64,000 nucleotides of DNA. Source: Candidatus Latescibacterota bacterium. GTDB lineage: Bacteria; Latescibacterota; UBA2968; UBA8231. The position numbers were made by a program, and so were the translations under genes. Shown in pieces: positions 28,272 to 38,011 of the stretch. The stretch lies in contig OY730476.1 in assembly GCA_963422735.1 (NCBI GenBank), positions 4,768,001 through 4,832,000 on the forward strand. Reading direction: 5' to 3'. How positions within the stretch are numbered: position 1 is the first letter of the stretch; every line of letters starts with the position of its first letter. The notes beneath the pieces are model-generated. The model made no database searches, had not been told where the DNA came from, and saw nothing but the letters and a program-made list of their open reading frames with translations.

Positions 28272-31200
28272 TCAAGGGTCTTTTTCGCCATACGGCGCTA
28301 CTCTTCCCTCCCGAACTTCCATCGGCTGCTTCAGGGCATCGACGCTCAGCAAGTAGTGCTGGACCTTACTGACCTCCCGCCATGGGCGACGGGCTGGGTC
28401 TCGAACCGGTTCCTGGAGCACAGGCTCCGTCGCGCAGTTTGTCACCACGTAAAGCCAGAAACAGTCCCGACGGTCCTCGGCGACTCGGCGCTCGTTCGGC
28501 GTGAGGAGGATGCTGCCGGTCTCTGCGGCCAACCCCTTCACCTCGATCAGGCGCAGTTCCCCGGAGTTCGGGTCAAGACTGGTCACGTCGTAGCCGAGGT
28601 TTTTCTCGTGCACATCCTCAACCTGCCGTCCCCGGGATCTTTCATGGTCCATGACGACCTGCATCGCCGTCATCTCGGTATCGGGGTGCGGCCGCAGGCG
28701 CCGGACATCCAGGGTTCCCCTTTCGGGATGGGGAAGGACCAGCGCGCTCGCCAACCGCTCGACGCCCTGCAGAGTCACCGCCTGCTGGCGTTTGAATTGG
28801 TCGCGCCGGCGTTCGCGCCGAGCCAGCAACTCCCCGTGGCGGGCTTCCGCTTGGGCTAGCCGCCCCTGTGCGCCAACAACCTGATTGGCCAGTTCGTCGG
28901 CGGCGCGACCGAGTTCCTCGTCGACTCGCCCCAGCACCTCGGTCAGGGAAAGCTCGACATGCTCGCCAATGCGCTTGATCTCAGCCAGACGCTCCGTGCG
29001 CACCTCGTCGATAAAGGGCATCAGCGCATTCTCATTGAGCCAAGCGGTCGCCTCCGGGATGGCGGCTACGGGCGGCAGATCATCGGTTGCAACCGCTGGA
29101 ATCATGTTGCCGAGTATATCCGGCTCGCAAAGGCGTGGTAACCCGTTGCTCGGCAGTTCCACAGTAAACAGACGTTCGTGGATGACTTGGCCGAGACCAT
29201 CCACCACCCGCGCCCGATAGAAGTCCAGCCGCGCCGGCTTCTCGTGCGCAAGTGAATGGAAGCAGGCGCCCTTGGCGAAGGCGTCCTGCCCGGCGTCGAG
29301 ACCGTGCCGCCGCAGCGCTTCGAACAGTGGATGCCCGGGTGTCACCCATTCGAGGTTGTGCTTCTCGGCGATGTCGCGATCGGTTGACAAGCGCGGATAG
29401 CGCGGCGTCAACTCCGGGAGCTTCCAGTCGGGATCGTGATCGCATGCCTTCAACTTGGACGGCGTGCGGCCCGGATCGAAGGTGTGGGCGAGCCCGCGGA
29501 CCGGCTTCAGCGCCAACGCGGCGTTTTCGGCGGATTCTCTGACGAACCGAGCGATGGTCTCGGGGACAACCCGTCGCTCCTGGGCGCGGGCCCGACGCTC
29601 AATGAGCATATCGAGGTTGAGCTTCTTGGCGGCCAAACCTTCCAGCGCAGTCTGACAAATCGCCCGGAAGTGCCCTTCATCCACGTCCTTCAGCAGCCGG
29701 TCCTCAAGATCAACGTCACCCAACTTGCCGGCGTAATAGTCCCGCAGCACCCGCTCCACATGAGCTGAAGGCAGGACTTCGCCAATGACGTTGAACACCG
29801 CATCGTCATCAAGGGCATCGCGGATTTCCTGAAGCTTGTCCAGAAGCCGCTGAAGCACCCGCCCTTCGATGGTGTTGGTGGCGACGAAATTGAAGATCAG
29901 GCAATCTTGCCGCTGCCCATAGCGGTGAATGCGGCCCATCCGTTGTTCGAGCCGGTTCGGATTCCACGGAATATCGTAGTTGAAAAGAATGTGGCAGCAC
30001 TGAAGGTTGATGCCTTCACCGGCGGCCTCGGTGGCCACGAGAACTTGAAAGGCGCCTTCACGGAACTGTTGTTCGGTGTGGAGCCGACTGCCTGGTTCGT
30101 CGCGGGAGCCAGGCTTCATGCCGCCATAAATGCAGCCCACGTTGAAACCCCAGGCTTTCAACTGTTCCATGAGGTAGTCGAGGGTGTCCTTGAATTCGGT
30201 AAAAAGTAGAAGGCGCTGGTCGGGGCGGTCGAAGAATCCCGTTTCCTGCATGATCTTCCGAAGATGTCCGAGTTTCGCTTCGCCGCCCGAGCCCTCGACG
30301 GCATTGGCCTCCTCGGCAAGCTCCCGAAGCTCCGCGGTCTCTTCGTGTACCTGTTCTGCGTTGCCGGCCAGCGTGACCGCCTCAAGCACTTTCTCCAAGC
30401 GTTCGCGCTCGGAATCCTCGAACTCTTCAAGCTCTTCCCAGTCGGGCAGGTCCGGCGGTGCCGCCTTTGCCAACTCTTGCGCATTCTTAAGTCCTTCATC
30501 CAGTCGCCTTGCTCGATTCTCAAGAGACCGCCGCATGGCATAGGTGCTCGAAGCGAGACGCCTCTGGTACAGCGACATCAGGAAACCGACCGCCCGAGCC
30601 CGAGGGTTGGCACCCTCGGCCGCGGCGCGGGCGCTCTGCCGTTTCACGAACCGCGTGACCCTTTGGTAAAGCTCGTATTCGGAACCGTCAATGGCAAAAC
30701 CGGCGGTATGCGGTATGCGCTTGGTGAAGACCGGCTTCGCGGTCCAGGCACCATCCGAATTACGCTCCGGGAAGTAGACCATTGCCTCCTTGGTGCGACG
30801 CAGGTAAAACGGGGCTCGCCTCCGGCCCATGGCTTGGTGAATCGATTTCACGTCGGCGTAGGCGTCCCGGTCGAGCAGTTGCAGGAACAGGGTGAAATTC
30901 TGAGGGTCGCCCTTGTGCGGCGTAGCGGTCAGTAGCAACAGGTGATCGGTGCTGTCGCGCAACAGTTCCCCGAGTTTGTAACGCTGGCTCTTGTGGGTTT
31001 CATCCCGTGCCGACATCCGGTGCGCCTCGTCCACAACGACCAGGTCCCAGTGCACCTGACGTAGTCCGGGCAAGATCTCCGTACGCTTGGCCAGATCGAG
31101 CGAGGTGATGATTTGTTTCTGCTCTATCCATTGATTGACGCCGAATTGATCGCGAATGTCGCTGCCCTTGAACACTAGAAACTTTTCATCGAACTTCTCC

Positions 31201-31712
31201 TTCAGTTCCCGCTGCCATTGAAACGCCAGATTCGCGGGGCAGACGACGAGAACCCGTTCGATGAGGCCCCGCAGCTTCAGTTCGCGGATCAAGAGGCCAG
31301 CCATGATGGTCTTTCCCGCTCCCGCATCGTCGGCCAGAAGAAAGCGCACTGTAGGGAGTTTCAGAAGGTGCTCGTAAATCGCCTCTAGCTGGTGTGGCAG
31401 CGGGTCCACGCGCGAGATGGAAAGCCCGAAGTAGGGATCGAATTCGTAGGCAATGCCGAGGGAATAGGCCTGCAGAGCGATTCGCAGAAGCCGCCCATCG
31501 CCATCATAGGAAAGTGCGGAGTCGGCAACGGTCAGGTCCGAAATGTCATCCGCGGTGAGCGTGACCCGGCGGAAATGCTCGGACCGCTGGCCAACGAGGC
31601 CGGCAACCCAGACGCCGGGACCGTTTGAGCGAACAGTCTCTATCCGCATGGGCTCGCTGAACAGCGGACCGGACAGGATCTGTCCTTCGCGGATGGGTGT
31701 TTCAGCTACCAT
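28272..31712 (-). CDS. SNF2-family helicase with a C-terminal DUF3883 nuclease-like domain
   Basis: ADDAGAGKT, DEAH, TATPH, QRMGRIHRYGQ; C-terminal GYDVTS...IEVKG. Confidence 0.92.
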   Translation of the reverse strand: MVAETPIREGQILSGPLFSEPMRIETVRSNGPGVWVAGLVGQRSEHFRRVTLTADDISDLTVADSALSYDGDGRLLRIALQAYSLGIAYEFDPYFGLSISRVDPLPHQLEAIYEHLLKLPTVRFLLADDAGAGKTIMAGLLIRELKLRGLIERVLVVCPANLAFQWQRELKEKFDEKFLVFKGSDIRDQFGVNQWIEQKQIITSLDLAKRTEILPGLRQVHWDLVVVDEAHRMSARDETHKSQRYKLGELLRDSTDHLLLLTATPHKGDPQNFTLFLQLLDRDAYADVKSIHQAMGRRRAPFYLRRTKEAMVYFPERNSDGAWTAKPVFTKRIPHTAGFAIDGSEYELYQRVTRFVKRQSARAAAEGANPRARAVGFLMSLYQRRLASSTYAMRRSLENRARRLDEGLKNAQELAKAAPPDLPDWEELEEFEDSERERLEKVLEAVTLAGNAEQVHEETAELRELAEEANAVEGSGGEAKLGHLRKIMQETGFFDRPDQRLLLFTEFKDTLDYLMEQLKAWGFNVGCIYGGMKPGSRDEPGSRLHTEQQFREGAFQVLVATEAAGEGINLQCCHILFNYDIPWNPNRLEQRMGRIHRYGQRQDCLIFNFVATNTIEGRVLQRLLDKLQEIRDALDDDAVFNVIGEVLPSAHVERVLRDYYAGKLGDVDLEDRLLKDVDEGHFRAICQTALEGLAAKKLNLDMLIERRARAQERRVVPETIARFVRESAENAALALKPVRGLAHTFDPGRTPSKLKACDHDPDWKLPELTPRYPRLSTDRDIAEKHNLEWVTPGHPLFEALRRHGLDAGQDAFAKGACFHSLAHEKPARLDFYRARVVDGLGQVIHERLFTVELPSNGLPRLCEPDILGNMIPAVATDDLPPVAAIPEATAWLNENALMPFIDEVRTERLAEIKRIGEHVELSLTEVLGRVDEELGRAADELANQVVGAQGRLAQAEARHGELLARRERRRDQFKRQQAVTLQGVERLASALVLPHPERGTLDVRRLRPHPDTEMTAMQVVMDHERSRGRQVEDVHEKNLGYDVTSLDPNSGELRLIEVKGLAAETGSILLTPNERRVAEDRRDCFWLYVVTNCATEPVLQEPVRDPARRPWREVSKVQHYLLSVDALKQPMEVREGRVAPYGEKDP

Positions 31713-31723
31713 ATTTACCACAT

Positions 31724-32836
31724 TTACCACGCAAAAAGCTCGCCTACTTCCATCGTCAGCTCTCGGCCCAGACCGCCATCCTCGCGCACTGCGAGCTGGC
31801 CTTCGGCGTATCCGACATCTGCGACGCCAGCGAAGTCGGTGGGAATCTCCATGAGAAAGTTGGCGTAGGTAAAAACTTGGGTCTCGTCGGCATCGATATA
31901 GTGAAACAGCGAGCGGCCGAAAATCCGCCCCTTTTCCAGCAATACCGGGCTAGGTTGGTGTAGGCCCGTGGTGCCAAACTCCAAGCCGCGGGCAAAGGGC
32001 TTGTTGTCGCGGACGTGCCGCCAGGCGTCGAACCAAGGGTAGTCCGCCATCGGCCAGATGTAGCCAATCAGCAGCCCTTTGCTGGCGTTGATGGCCGTGG
32101 TCCAGCCGTATTCTTCTTCAATTATGTACGAGACGACCGCTGGCGAAGCGTCGTCAGTTAGGCTGCGAATATCCACCTCGGTGCCGTCCTTTTTGAGTGC
32201 GGAGGGCCAGCGCACCTCCGGGTCTTCCGGCGTCGGCATGGGCGTTTCTTGCATAAAGCCGCGCGTGCCGTTGGCATCAACGCGGGTGCTCTCGTCCAAA
32301 AAAGGCGGACCAATGGTCGGGTGCTGGACGATGTTGTACACGCGGCCCAAATGGCGGGTGTTGGTAACGGCCTCGGCGACCGCAAAGACGGCCTGATCCC
32401 GATCCATGCGAATCGAACGCGAGACCTTGAGCCCGGCCAAGGGCAGCTCGGCCGACAGTTGGGCTACGAGGTAGCCGTCTTCTGCGCGTGCGTCCTCATC
32501 CAAGTTCCACCACACGCGCGTAGCCTCGCCGTGCCAGCCCATGCCGTGGGCCTGCTCGGCTTTGGTAGCTGGCCCCCAGCGGTCGAGGCAGAGAAAGTGC
32601 CCCATGGAGCGCGGCTCTATCGGCGGTGCTTGGTCGGGGGTATCGCCGAAGGACCAAGAGTCCCATTGCAGGGGGTTGAGCGGATTGCTTTTGAGGTGGA
32701 AATCGGCAATGGAGCCGCCGCCTAAATCGACGACTAACATAGCTGCTTGGCCGTCGATTACGAGGCGGGGGCGGTCTTCGGCTGTGCTATGCGAAGCCGT
32801 CCAGAGGAGGGCCGTGAGGAAGAGGGTCCATCTCAT
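31724..32836 (-). CDS. Secreted hypothetical protein, possibly galactose-mutarotase-like fold
   Basis: Signal peptide; HGEA, QHPT, GLEFGTTG patterns; fold call is tentative. Confidence 0.65.
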   Translation of the reverse strand: MRWTLFLTALLWTASHSTAEDRPRLVIDGQAAMLVVDLGGGSIADFHLKSNPLNPLQWDSWSFGDTPDQAPPIEPRSMGHFLCLDRWGPATKAEQAHGMGWHGEATRVWWNLDEDARAEDGYLVAQLSAELPLAGLKVSRSIRMDRDQAVFAVAEAVTNTRHLGRVYNIVQHPTIGPPFLDESTRVDANGTRGFMQETPMPTPEDPEVRWPSALKKDGTEVDIRSLTDDASPAVVSYIIEEEYGWTTAINASKGLLIGYIWPMADYPWFDAWRHVRDNKPFARGLEFGTTGLHQPSPVLLEKGRIFGRSLFHYIDADETQVFTYANFLMEIPTDFAGVADVGYAEGQLAVREDGGLGRELTMEVGELFAW

Positions 32837-32895
32837 TTAGGTGCTCCTTTTATTGATGAGGGGATGGCAAACCGGACGTAACAACGTACTAGAAA

Positions 32896-32924
32896 TTGAC
32901 AGCAGGCAAAAGACGGCAGATGTT
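32896..32924 (+). promoter_or_regulatory. Possible sigma70 promoter (TTGACA-17 bp-GATGTT) giving a near-leaderless transcript
   Basis: Perfect -35 at 32896; weak -10; ATG32934 lacks a clear RBS. Confidence 0.3.
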
Positions 32925-32933
32925 GTTTCTGGT

Positions 32934-35000
32934 ATGAGAATTTTGCTGGTTGCTACCCTTTTTATCCTCGCCCTAAGCGGTTGTCGAGAACCGGCCGGCC
33001 GCTCAGAGGCGTTTGTCCAATCGTACTACCGGGGCTTGGACTTGCTAGAGCGCTATCGGCTCAGGGCAGCCGAGCGCGCCTTTGCCCATTGCGTCCGGTT
33101 GGAACCCGCCGCTGCCGAGGGCTATTGGCAGTTAGGGCGGGTGCGGCTTGTGCAGGGGCGGATAGAAGAAGGCGTGGGGTTGCTAAAACAGGCCGCAGCG
33201 CTAGACCCTGAATTGACGGCGGCGCGGTCTTTGGTGTTGGAGACGTTTTTGGGGCGGGGCAAAGAGGCGCTGGAAGAGGGGCTGTTCGCGCAGGCAGAAA
33301 GATATTTGCAGCGGGCACTGGCCGTTGATCCTCAAGGATATGAGTCGCTTTACTGGGCGGCGATTGCCGCGCTGTGGCAGGAGGACTACACCCGCGCTGA
33401 TTCGATCTTGCAGCAGGCGGTGGCGTTGCATCCCGAGCCGCTGGAGTTGCGCTGGCACCGGAAGTGGTTGCAGGAGGCCTTGGGGCGGCCAGCGATCGGG
33501 GCGTTTGCCGATGCCGTGCCGCAGGGAACCATCAGCGGGCGGTTTAGCGAGATCGGCAGCGAGGCCGGGGTCGATAAGCTCGATGGCGGTCGCGCCAGTG
33601 CTTGGGCCGACTGCGATGAAGACGGCGATCTCGATTTGGTTGTCATTGGCCATCCAGCACTGGCGTACTTTCGCAACGATGGGACGCGCTTTGCCGAGCG
33701 GACGCAGGCGGCTGGGCTGGTGCTGCCCGAGGGCGGGATCGGGGTGCAGACGGCCGACTACGACAACGATGGGGACGCCGATTTATATGTGACGCGCGAC
33801 GGGTGGTTTGGCGGCGGCGTGAACGCGCTCTTCCAAAACGACGGCCGGGGCGTCTTCGCCGATGTGACCGAAGCGTCGGGCACCGGCGATCCGGGGTCGA
33901 GCTTTTGCGCGGCGTGGAGCGATTTCGACCGCGACGGCTATCTCGACCTGTACGTGGCCAACGGCACGGGCGCGACCGGCGACTCGACCAATGTGCTCTA
34001 TCGCAACCAAGGCGACGGCACCTTTGCCGATGGGGCGGCAACCGCCGGGGTGGCGCACAAGGGGCAGACGTTGAGTGTGGCGTGGGGCGACTTTGACGGC
34101 GACGGCTGGCCCGATTTATACGCGTGCAATTTCACCGAGCCGAATGTGCTCTATCGCAACGAGGGCGATAGTGCGTTCGCCGATCAGACGGCTGCGGCCG
34201 GCGTAGGTGCTGAGCACATCGACGGCTTTATAACATTTTTCCTAGACTACGACAACGACGGTGCGCTGGACATCTTCGTGGGCAACTGGAGCCAGTACTC
34301 GGTGGTGCTGGCCGATCGGGTCGCCGGAAAATCGACGAGCAAGCGCGACCGGCCGGTGCTCTATCGCAATCGGGGCGACGGCACCTTCGCCGATGTGACC
34401 CAAGCCGCCGGGCTGGGGCGAGCGCTGGGCACGATGAGCGGCGTTCCTGGCGATGTGGATAACGATGGCTGGGTGGACATCTACCTCGGCAACGGCGGGC
34501 CGCAGATGGGCCGGCGCGAGCCGGATGTGCTCTATCGCAATCGGGGCGACGGCACCTTTGTCGATGCGACCCAAGCCGCCGGGCTGGGGCACTTGGGCAA
34601 GTCGCACGGCGTGACCTTTGCCGATTACGACCGCGACGGCGACCTCGACCTCTACGCGCCAGTGGGCGGCTCTCAACCCGGCGACCAGTGGCCCAACGCG
34701 TTCTATCGCAGCGAGGGCTTTGGCAATCACTACCTAGTACTGGAGTTGGAAGGAGTCGAGAGCAATCGCGACGGAATCGGTGCCAAAGTGCGGGTGCAGG
34801 CCGGCGACTTGGTGCAGTACCAGGAGGTGGCGTCTGGGTACAGCTTCGGCAACAGCAGCAGCTTGGAACTGGAGTTTGGGTTGGGGGGGCGCCAGCGGGT
34901 TGATCGCATCGACATCACTTGGCCGAGCGGGCAGGTCGATGTGTATCGGGATATTGAGGCCGACCAGCACTTGTTGCTCAGGGAGGGCGAGACGCAGTGA
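32934..35000 (+). CDS. TPR + CRTAC1/ASPIC-UnbV FG-GAP lipoprotein
   Basis: Lipobox LSGC; N-terminal TPRs; DxDxDG blades; SNRDGIGAKV..FGLG..WPSG. Confidence 0.9.
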   Translation: MRILLVATLFILALSGCREPAGRSEAFVQSYYRGLDLLERYRLRAAERAFAHCVRLEPAAAEGYWQLGRVRLVQGRIEEGVGLLKQAAALDPELTAARSLVLETFLGRGKEALEEGLFAQAERYLQRALAVDPQGYESLYWAAIAALWQEDYTRADSILQQAVALHPEPLELRWHRKWLQEALGRPAIGAFADAVPQGTISGRFSEIGSEAGVDKLDGGRASAWADCDEDGDLDLVVIGHPALAYFRNDGTRFAERTQAAGLVLPEGGIGVQTADYDNDGDADLYVTRDGWFGGGVNALFQNDGRGVFADVTEASGTGDPGSSFCAAWSDFDRDGYLDLYVANGTGATGDSTNVLYRNQGDGTFADGAATAGVAHKGQTLSVAWGDFDGDGWPDLYACNFTEPNVLYRNEGDSAFADQTAAAGVGAEHIDGFITFFLDYDNDGALDIFVGNWSQYSVVLADRVAGKSTSKRDRPVLYRNRGDGTFADVTQAAGLGRALGTMSGVPGDVDNDGWVDIYLGNGGPQMGRREPDVLYRNRGDGTFVDATQAAGLGHLGKSHGVTFADYDRDGDLDLYAPVGGSQPGDQWPNAFYRSEGFGNHYLVLELEGVESNRDGIGAKVRVQAGDLVQYQEVASGYSFGNSSSLELEFGLGGRQRVDRIDITWPSGQVDVYRDIEADQHLLLREGETQ

Positions 35001-36385
35001 AGGGGCTGACCGCAATCGCGCTCCTGTTGGCCGGGTGTGCGGCCGAACCGGACGCGCCGACCGCGCATCGGCAAGCGCAGGCCCTGGTCAATGGCCGGCC
35101 GCTGCGGAGCTTGAGCCGGGCCGAGTTGGCACGGGCCGAACGCCTAGCAGCGCAGGCGCGGGCACTCGATCCTCAGCTACACGAGGCGACCTTTGTCTTA
35201 GCCGCCCTCTACGTGGTGCGCGGTGCGTACGAAGACGCGACCGCGCTCTACCGCAGCCTAGTGGAGGCGCGCCCCGACGACGGGCGGGCCTATGCCGAAC
35301 TAGGGCTTAGCCTAGCTGCCCAAGGACGCTATAGCGGCGCGCGGCGCGCCTATCAGGATGCCGTGCGCCGGGGCGAGAAGTCGGCGCTGATTTACGCGCG
35401 GCTGGGCCACGCCTATCAGGCACTCGGCCACTTGCAAGAAAATCTCCACGCGGCGCAGGCGGCCTATCGCGCCTCCCTACAGCGTGCGCCCGAGCAGGCC
35501 GAGGTGCGCTACCAGCTAGCGCGAGTAGAGGCGCGATTGGGGCGGGATGAGGAGGCGCGTGCGCTGATGCAGCAGGCACTCGCTGGTGCGCCCAAAGACA
35601 CTGAGATCCGGGCCGACCTCGCCGCGCTCTACAGAGAGGCGGGGCAAAGGGAAATGGCCCGCGCCGTGCTCGTCGAGGGTTTGGCCGCACGCGGTGGGGG
35701 CGGCGAGAAAGCCATTTTGCACTATGAACTGGGGCGGCTGCTCTGGGAGGAAGGGGATGGTGAGGAGGCAGGGGCGCAGTTTGAACGGGCGCGGGCCGCC
35801 GATCCCGATCTGCATTCAGCCTATCATTATCTCGGCTTGATCCACAGCGCAGAGGGGCGGCTGGACTCGGCACTCGCTGCGTTTGTCGAGTTGGCTAACC
35901 GCCAACCCGGCGATGCTGCTGCCCAAGTAAGTATCGGCATTGTCCACAGCCGCATGGGCGCGCTCGCCGAGGCGGAAGAGGCGTTCAAAGAGGCGGTCGC
36001 GTTGGGCGGCGCGGAAGGGGACGCGGCCTTGAAATTGGGCGGTCTGTACGTGCATCAGCGGCGGCTGCGCGCGGCCGTGCAGGTGTTCAAAGAAGCCACG
36101 GCCGCGCATCCTCACCACGCCGAGCTTTTCGCGTCCCTAGGCGACACCTATCGGCAGTTGGGCTTGCTCGGCGCGGCCGTGCAGGCCGGCGAGCAAGCCG
36201 TCCGGCTCGAACCTGAGCGGGCACTGTGGCACTTCCACCTCGCCTCGACATACGAAAAATTAGATCCCGACCAAGCGCGGGCCGAGTGGCGTGCGTACGC
36301 ATCTTTGGCAGCGGATGATGTGCGCGAGGCGCAGCGGCTGGCCCACATGCGCGCTCGTCTGCAAACCTTGCAACAGGAGGAATGA
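34997..36385 (+). CDS. TPR-repeat lipoprotein
   Basis: GTGA overlap; LAGC lipobox; serial TPRs. Confidence 0.88.
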   Translation: MKGLTAIALLLAGCAAEPDAPTAHRQAQALVNGRPLRSLSRAELARAERLAAQARALDPQLHEATFVLAALYVVRGAYEDATALYRSLVEARPDDGRAYAELGLSLAAQGRYSGARRAYQDAVRRGEKSALIYARLGHAYQALGHLQENLHAAQAAYRASLQRAPEQAEVRYQLARVEARLGRDEEARALMQQALAGAPKDTEIRADLAALYREAGQREMARAVLVEGLAARGGGGEKAILHYELGRLLWEEGDGEEAGAQFERARAADPDLHSAYHYLGLIHSAEGRLDSALAAFVELANRQPGDAAAQVSIGIVHSRMGALAEAEEAFKEAVALGGAEGDAALKLGGLYVHQRRLRAAVQVFKEATAAHPHHAELFASLGDTYRQLGLLGAAVQAGEQAVRLEPERALWHFHLASTYEKLDPDQARAEWRAYASLAADDVREAQRLAHMRARLQTLQQEE

Positions 36386-37251
36386 TGATTGACCTAGTCG
36401 CTTTTGACCTCGACGGCACGGTGCTCGACTCAGAAGGGCGGCTGGCGGCTTCGGCTGTGGCGGCTATCGAGGAACTCGTTGCGCACGGTATCCCCACAGC
36501 TAGCGTCAGCGGGCGTAGCATTCGCCGCGGCCTATACCCTTTTGCGGCCTACCCAGCACTGGCGCGGGCACTCTACATAGGTGGCTACAATGGCTCGGTG
36601 GTTCTCGGGCGCGGCGCGGGCGCAGAGCGAGAGGTGCTGCGCGAGGAGCGGTTGGACGAGGCGTCTTTTGCCCAGATAGTCGAATACGGGCGCGTGGAGC
36701 GGCTAAACCTGATCTACTGTCTGTTTGAACGCACGGCCGCCGGGATCGCCGAGGAGTACAGGTACGTCCGGCACATGGATTACCTCGAATCGTTCGGAGA
36801 ACCGGGCATGGTGCTCGACGTCGATCTGTATGCACGTTGCCAGAGCGGTGAGCTGGCAACCCCACCCAAGATCATGCTGGAAGTAGAACCGGAGCGGAGA
36901 GCACATCACATCGCCGATATCGAGGCGCTGTGCGGAGATCAGGTCTATGCGGCTTGGGCGCATCCTGGTATGGTGGAATTTATGCGCCGGGGGGTGAATA
37001 AGGGCATGGCCCTGCGGACGCTAGCTGAGCGGGTAGGCGGGTGCGCGGAGCGCATCTTGGCGATAGGGGATGCGAACAACGACTTGCCCATGTTGCGAGC
37101 GGCGGGAATCGGGGTATTGCTGGGGAATGCAAAGGCCGAGGTACAGGCGGCCGTGGCCGAGGATGGGGTGCGGATTGGACCGAGTTTTGCCGAGGATGGA
37201 TTTGCCAAGATGGTGTGGGAATACGCGCTGGATGGACAGGAGCAGAAATGA
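36382..37251 (+). CDS. Cof-type HAD-IIB hydrolase
   Basis: FDLDGT, SGR, GVNKG, IGDANNDLPML. Confidence 0.92.
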   Translation: MMIDLVAFDLDGTVLDSEGRLAASAVAAIEELVAHGIPTASVSGRSIRRGLYPFAAYPALARALYIGGYNGSVVLGRGAGAEREVLREERLDEASFAQIVEYGRVERLNLIYCLFERTAAGIAEEYRYVRHMDYLESFGEPGMVLDVDLYARCQSGELATPPKIMLEVEPERRAHHIADIEALCGDQVYAAWAHPGMVEFMRRGVNKGMALRTLAERVGGCAERILAIGDANNDLPMLRAAGIGVLLGNAKAEVQAAVAEDGVRIGPSFAEDGFAKMVWEYALDGQEQK

Positions 37252-37955
37252 TGCAGGTGTTTTGCGGGATCGCGCTATATGTTGCCGTTGCGGCCTCGGC
37301 TTGGGCCGAGGAGGAGCAAGCTGAGGCCGACTCCCTCAAGGGCGGGGAGATGATAAAAATCGCGGCAGAAAATAACGAGTTTTACATAGATAAGTACGAG
37401 GTGACCAACGAGGAGTACGCAGCGTTTTTGACCGAGAAAGGAAACGCCAAGGTGGAGGGCATGTACTGGGTGGAGATGGGGAGTCGATATACGGCACTGG
37501 TGGAAGAGGAAGGTGTGTACAAGGTCAAAGAAGGGTTTGCGCGTCATCCGGTCATCGAGGTGTCGTGGTACGGGGCGATGGCCTATTGCCAATGGGCGGG
37601 CAAGCGCCTGCCGGTGCAAGAGGAATGGCACTTTGCCTGCGCGGGAGCCGCAGAGCTAAAGTATCCGTGGGGGGAGGATTTTGGGAAGGGACGCGCCAAT
37701 ATCTTCGGGGACAAGGACGGCTACGGGCGAACCGCGCCGGTGGGGTCCTTCCCAAGTGGGGCCAGCCCCTTTGGACTCTTGGATATGGGCGGCAATGTGT
37801 GGGAGTGGACGCAGGGGGGCGAGAAAATGCAGTTTTTGCGCGGGGGATCGTGGATCAACGGCCCTACCTTGACCCAGTGCAACAAGCGGACGAACACCAA
37901 GGATTCGCATTCGTACATCAAGGGCAATACCATAGGCTTCCGCTGCGCCCGCTAA
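37248..37955 (+). CDS. FGE-sulfatase (SUMF1-like) domain secreted protein
   Basis: IDKYEVTN, HPVIEVSW, DMGGNVWEW, RGGSW, IGFRC; lacks the catalytic FGE Cys motif. Confidence 0.9.
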   Translation: MMQVFCGIALYVAVAASAWAEEEQAEADSLKGGEMIKIAAENNEFYIDKYEVTNEEYAAFLTEKGNAKVEGMYWVEMGSRYTALVEEEGVYKVKEGFARHPVIEVSWYGAMAYCQWAGKRLPVQEEWHFACAGAAELKYPWGEDFGKGRANIFGDKDGYGRTAPVGSFPSGASPFGLLDMGGNVWEWTQGGEKMQFLRGGSWINGPTLTQCNKRTNTKDSHSYIKGNTIGFRCAR

Positions 37956-37958
37956 GAA

Positions 37959-38009
37959 GGTCGGTGGCCGGTGGCCAGTCCCTATGGAAGGGGGGACTAA
38001 CCACTCACT
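37959..38009. repeat. Short heptamer-arm intergenic hairpin, same family as 17805
   Basis: GGTGGCCGGTGGCCAGTCCCT-loop-GGGGACTAACCACT. Confidence 0.7.
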
Positions 38010-38011
38010 CT

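Noticed and set aside
31713-31730. 9-bp tandem repeat ATTTACCAC at the island edge as a target-site duplication
   Set aside because: No matching copy at the other island end near 20592; probably a local duplication
34356-34590. DGR template/variable repeat pair
   Set aside because: Differences are C/T rather than adenine-specific, both copies are in one CDS, and there is no reverse transcriptase
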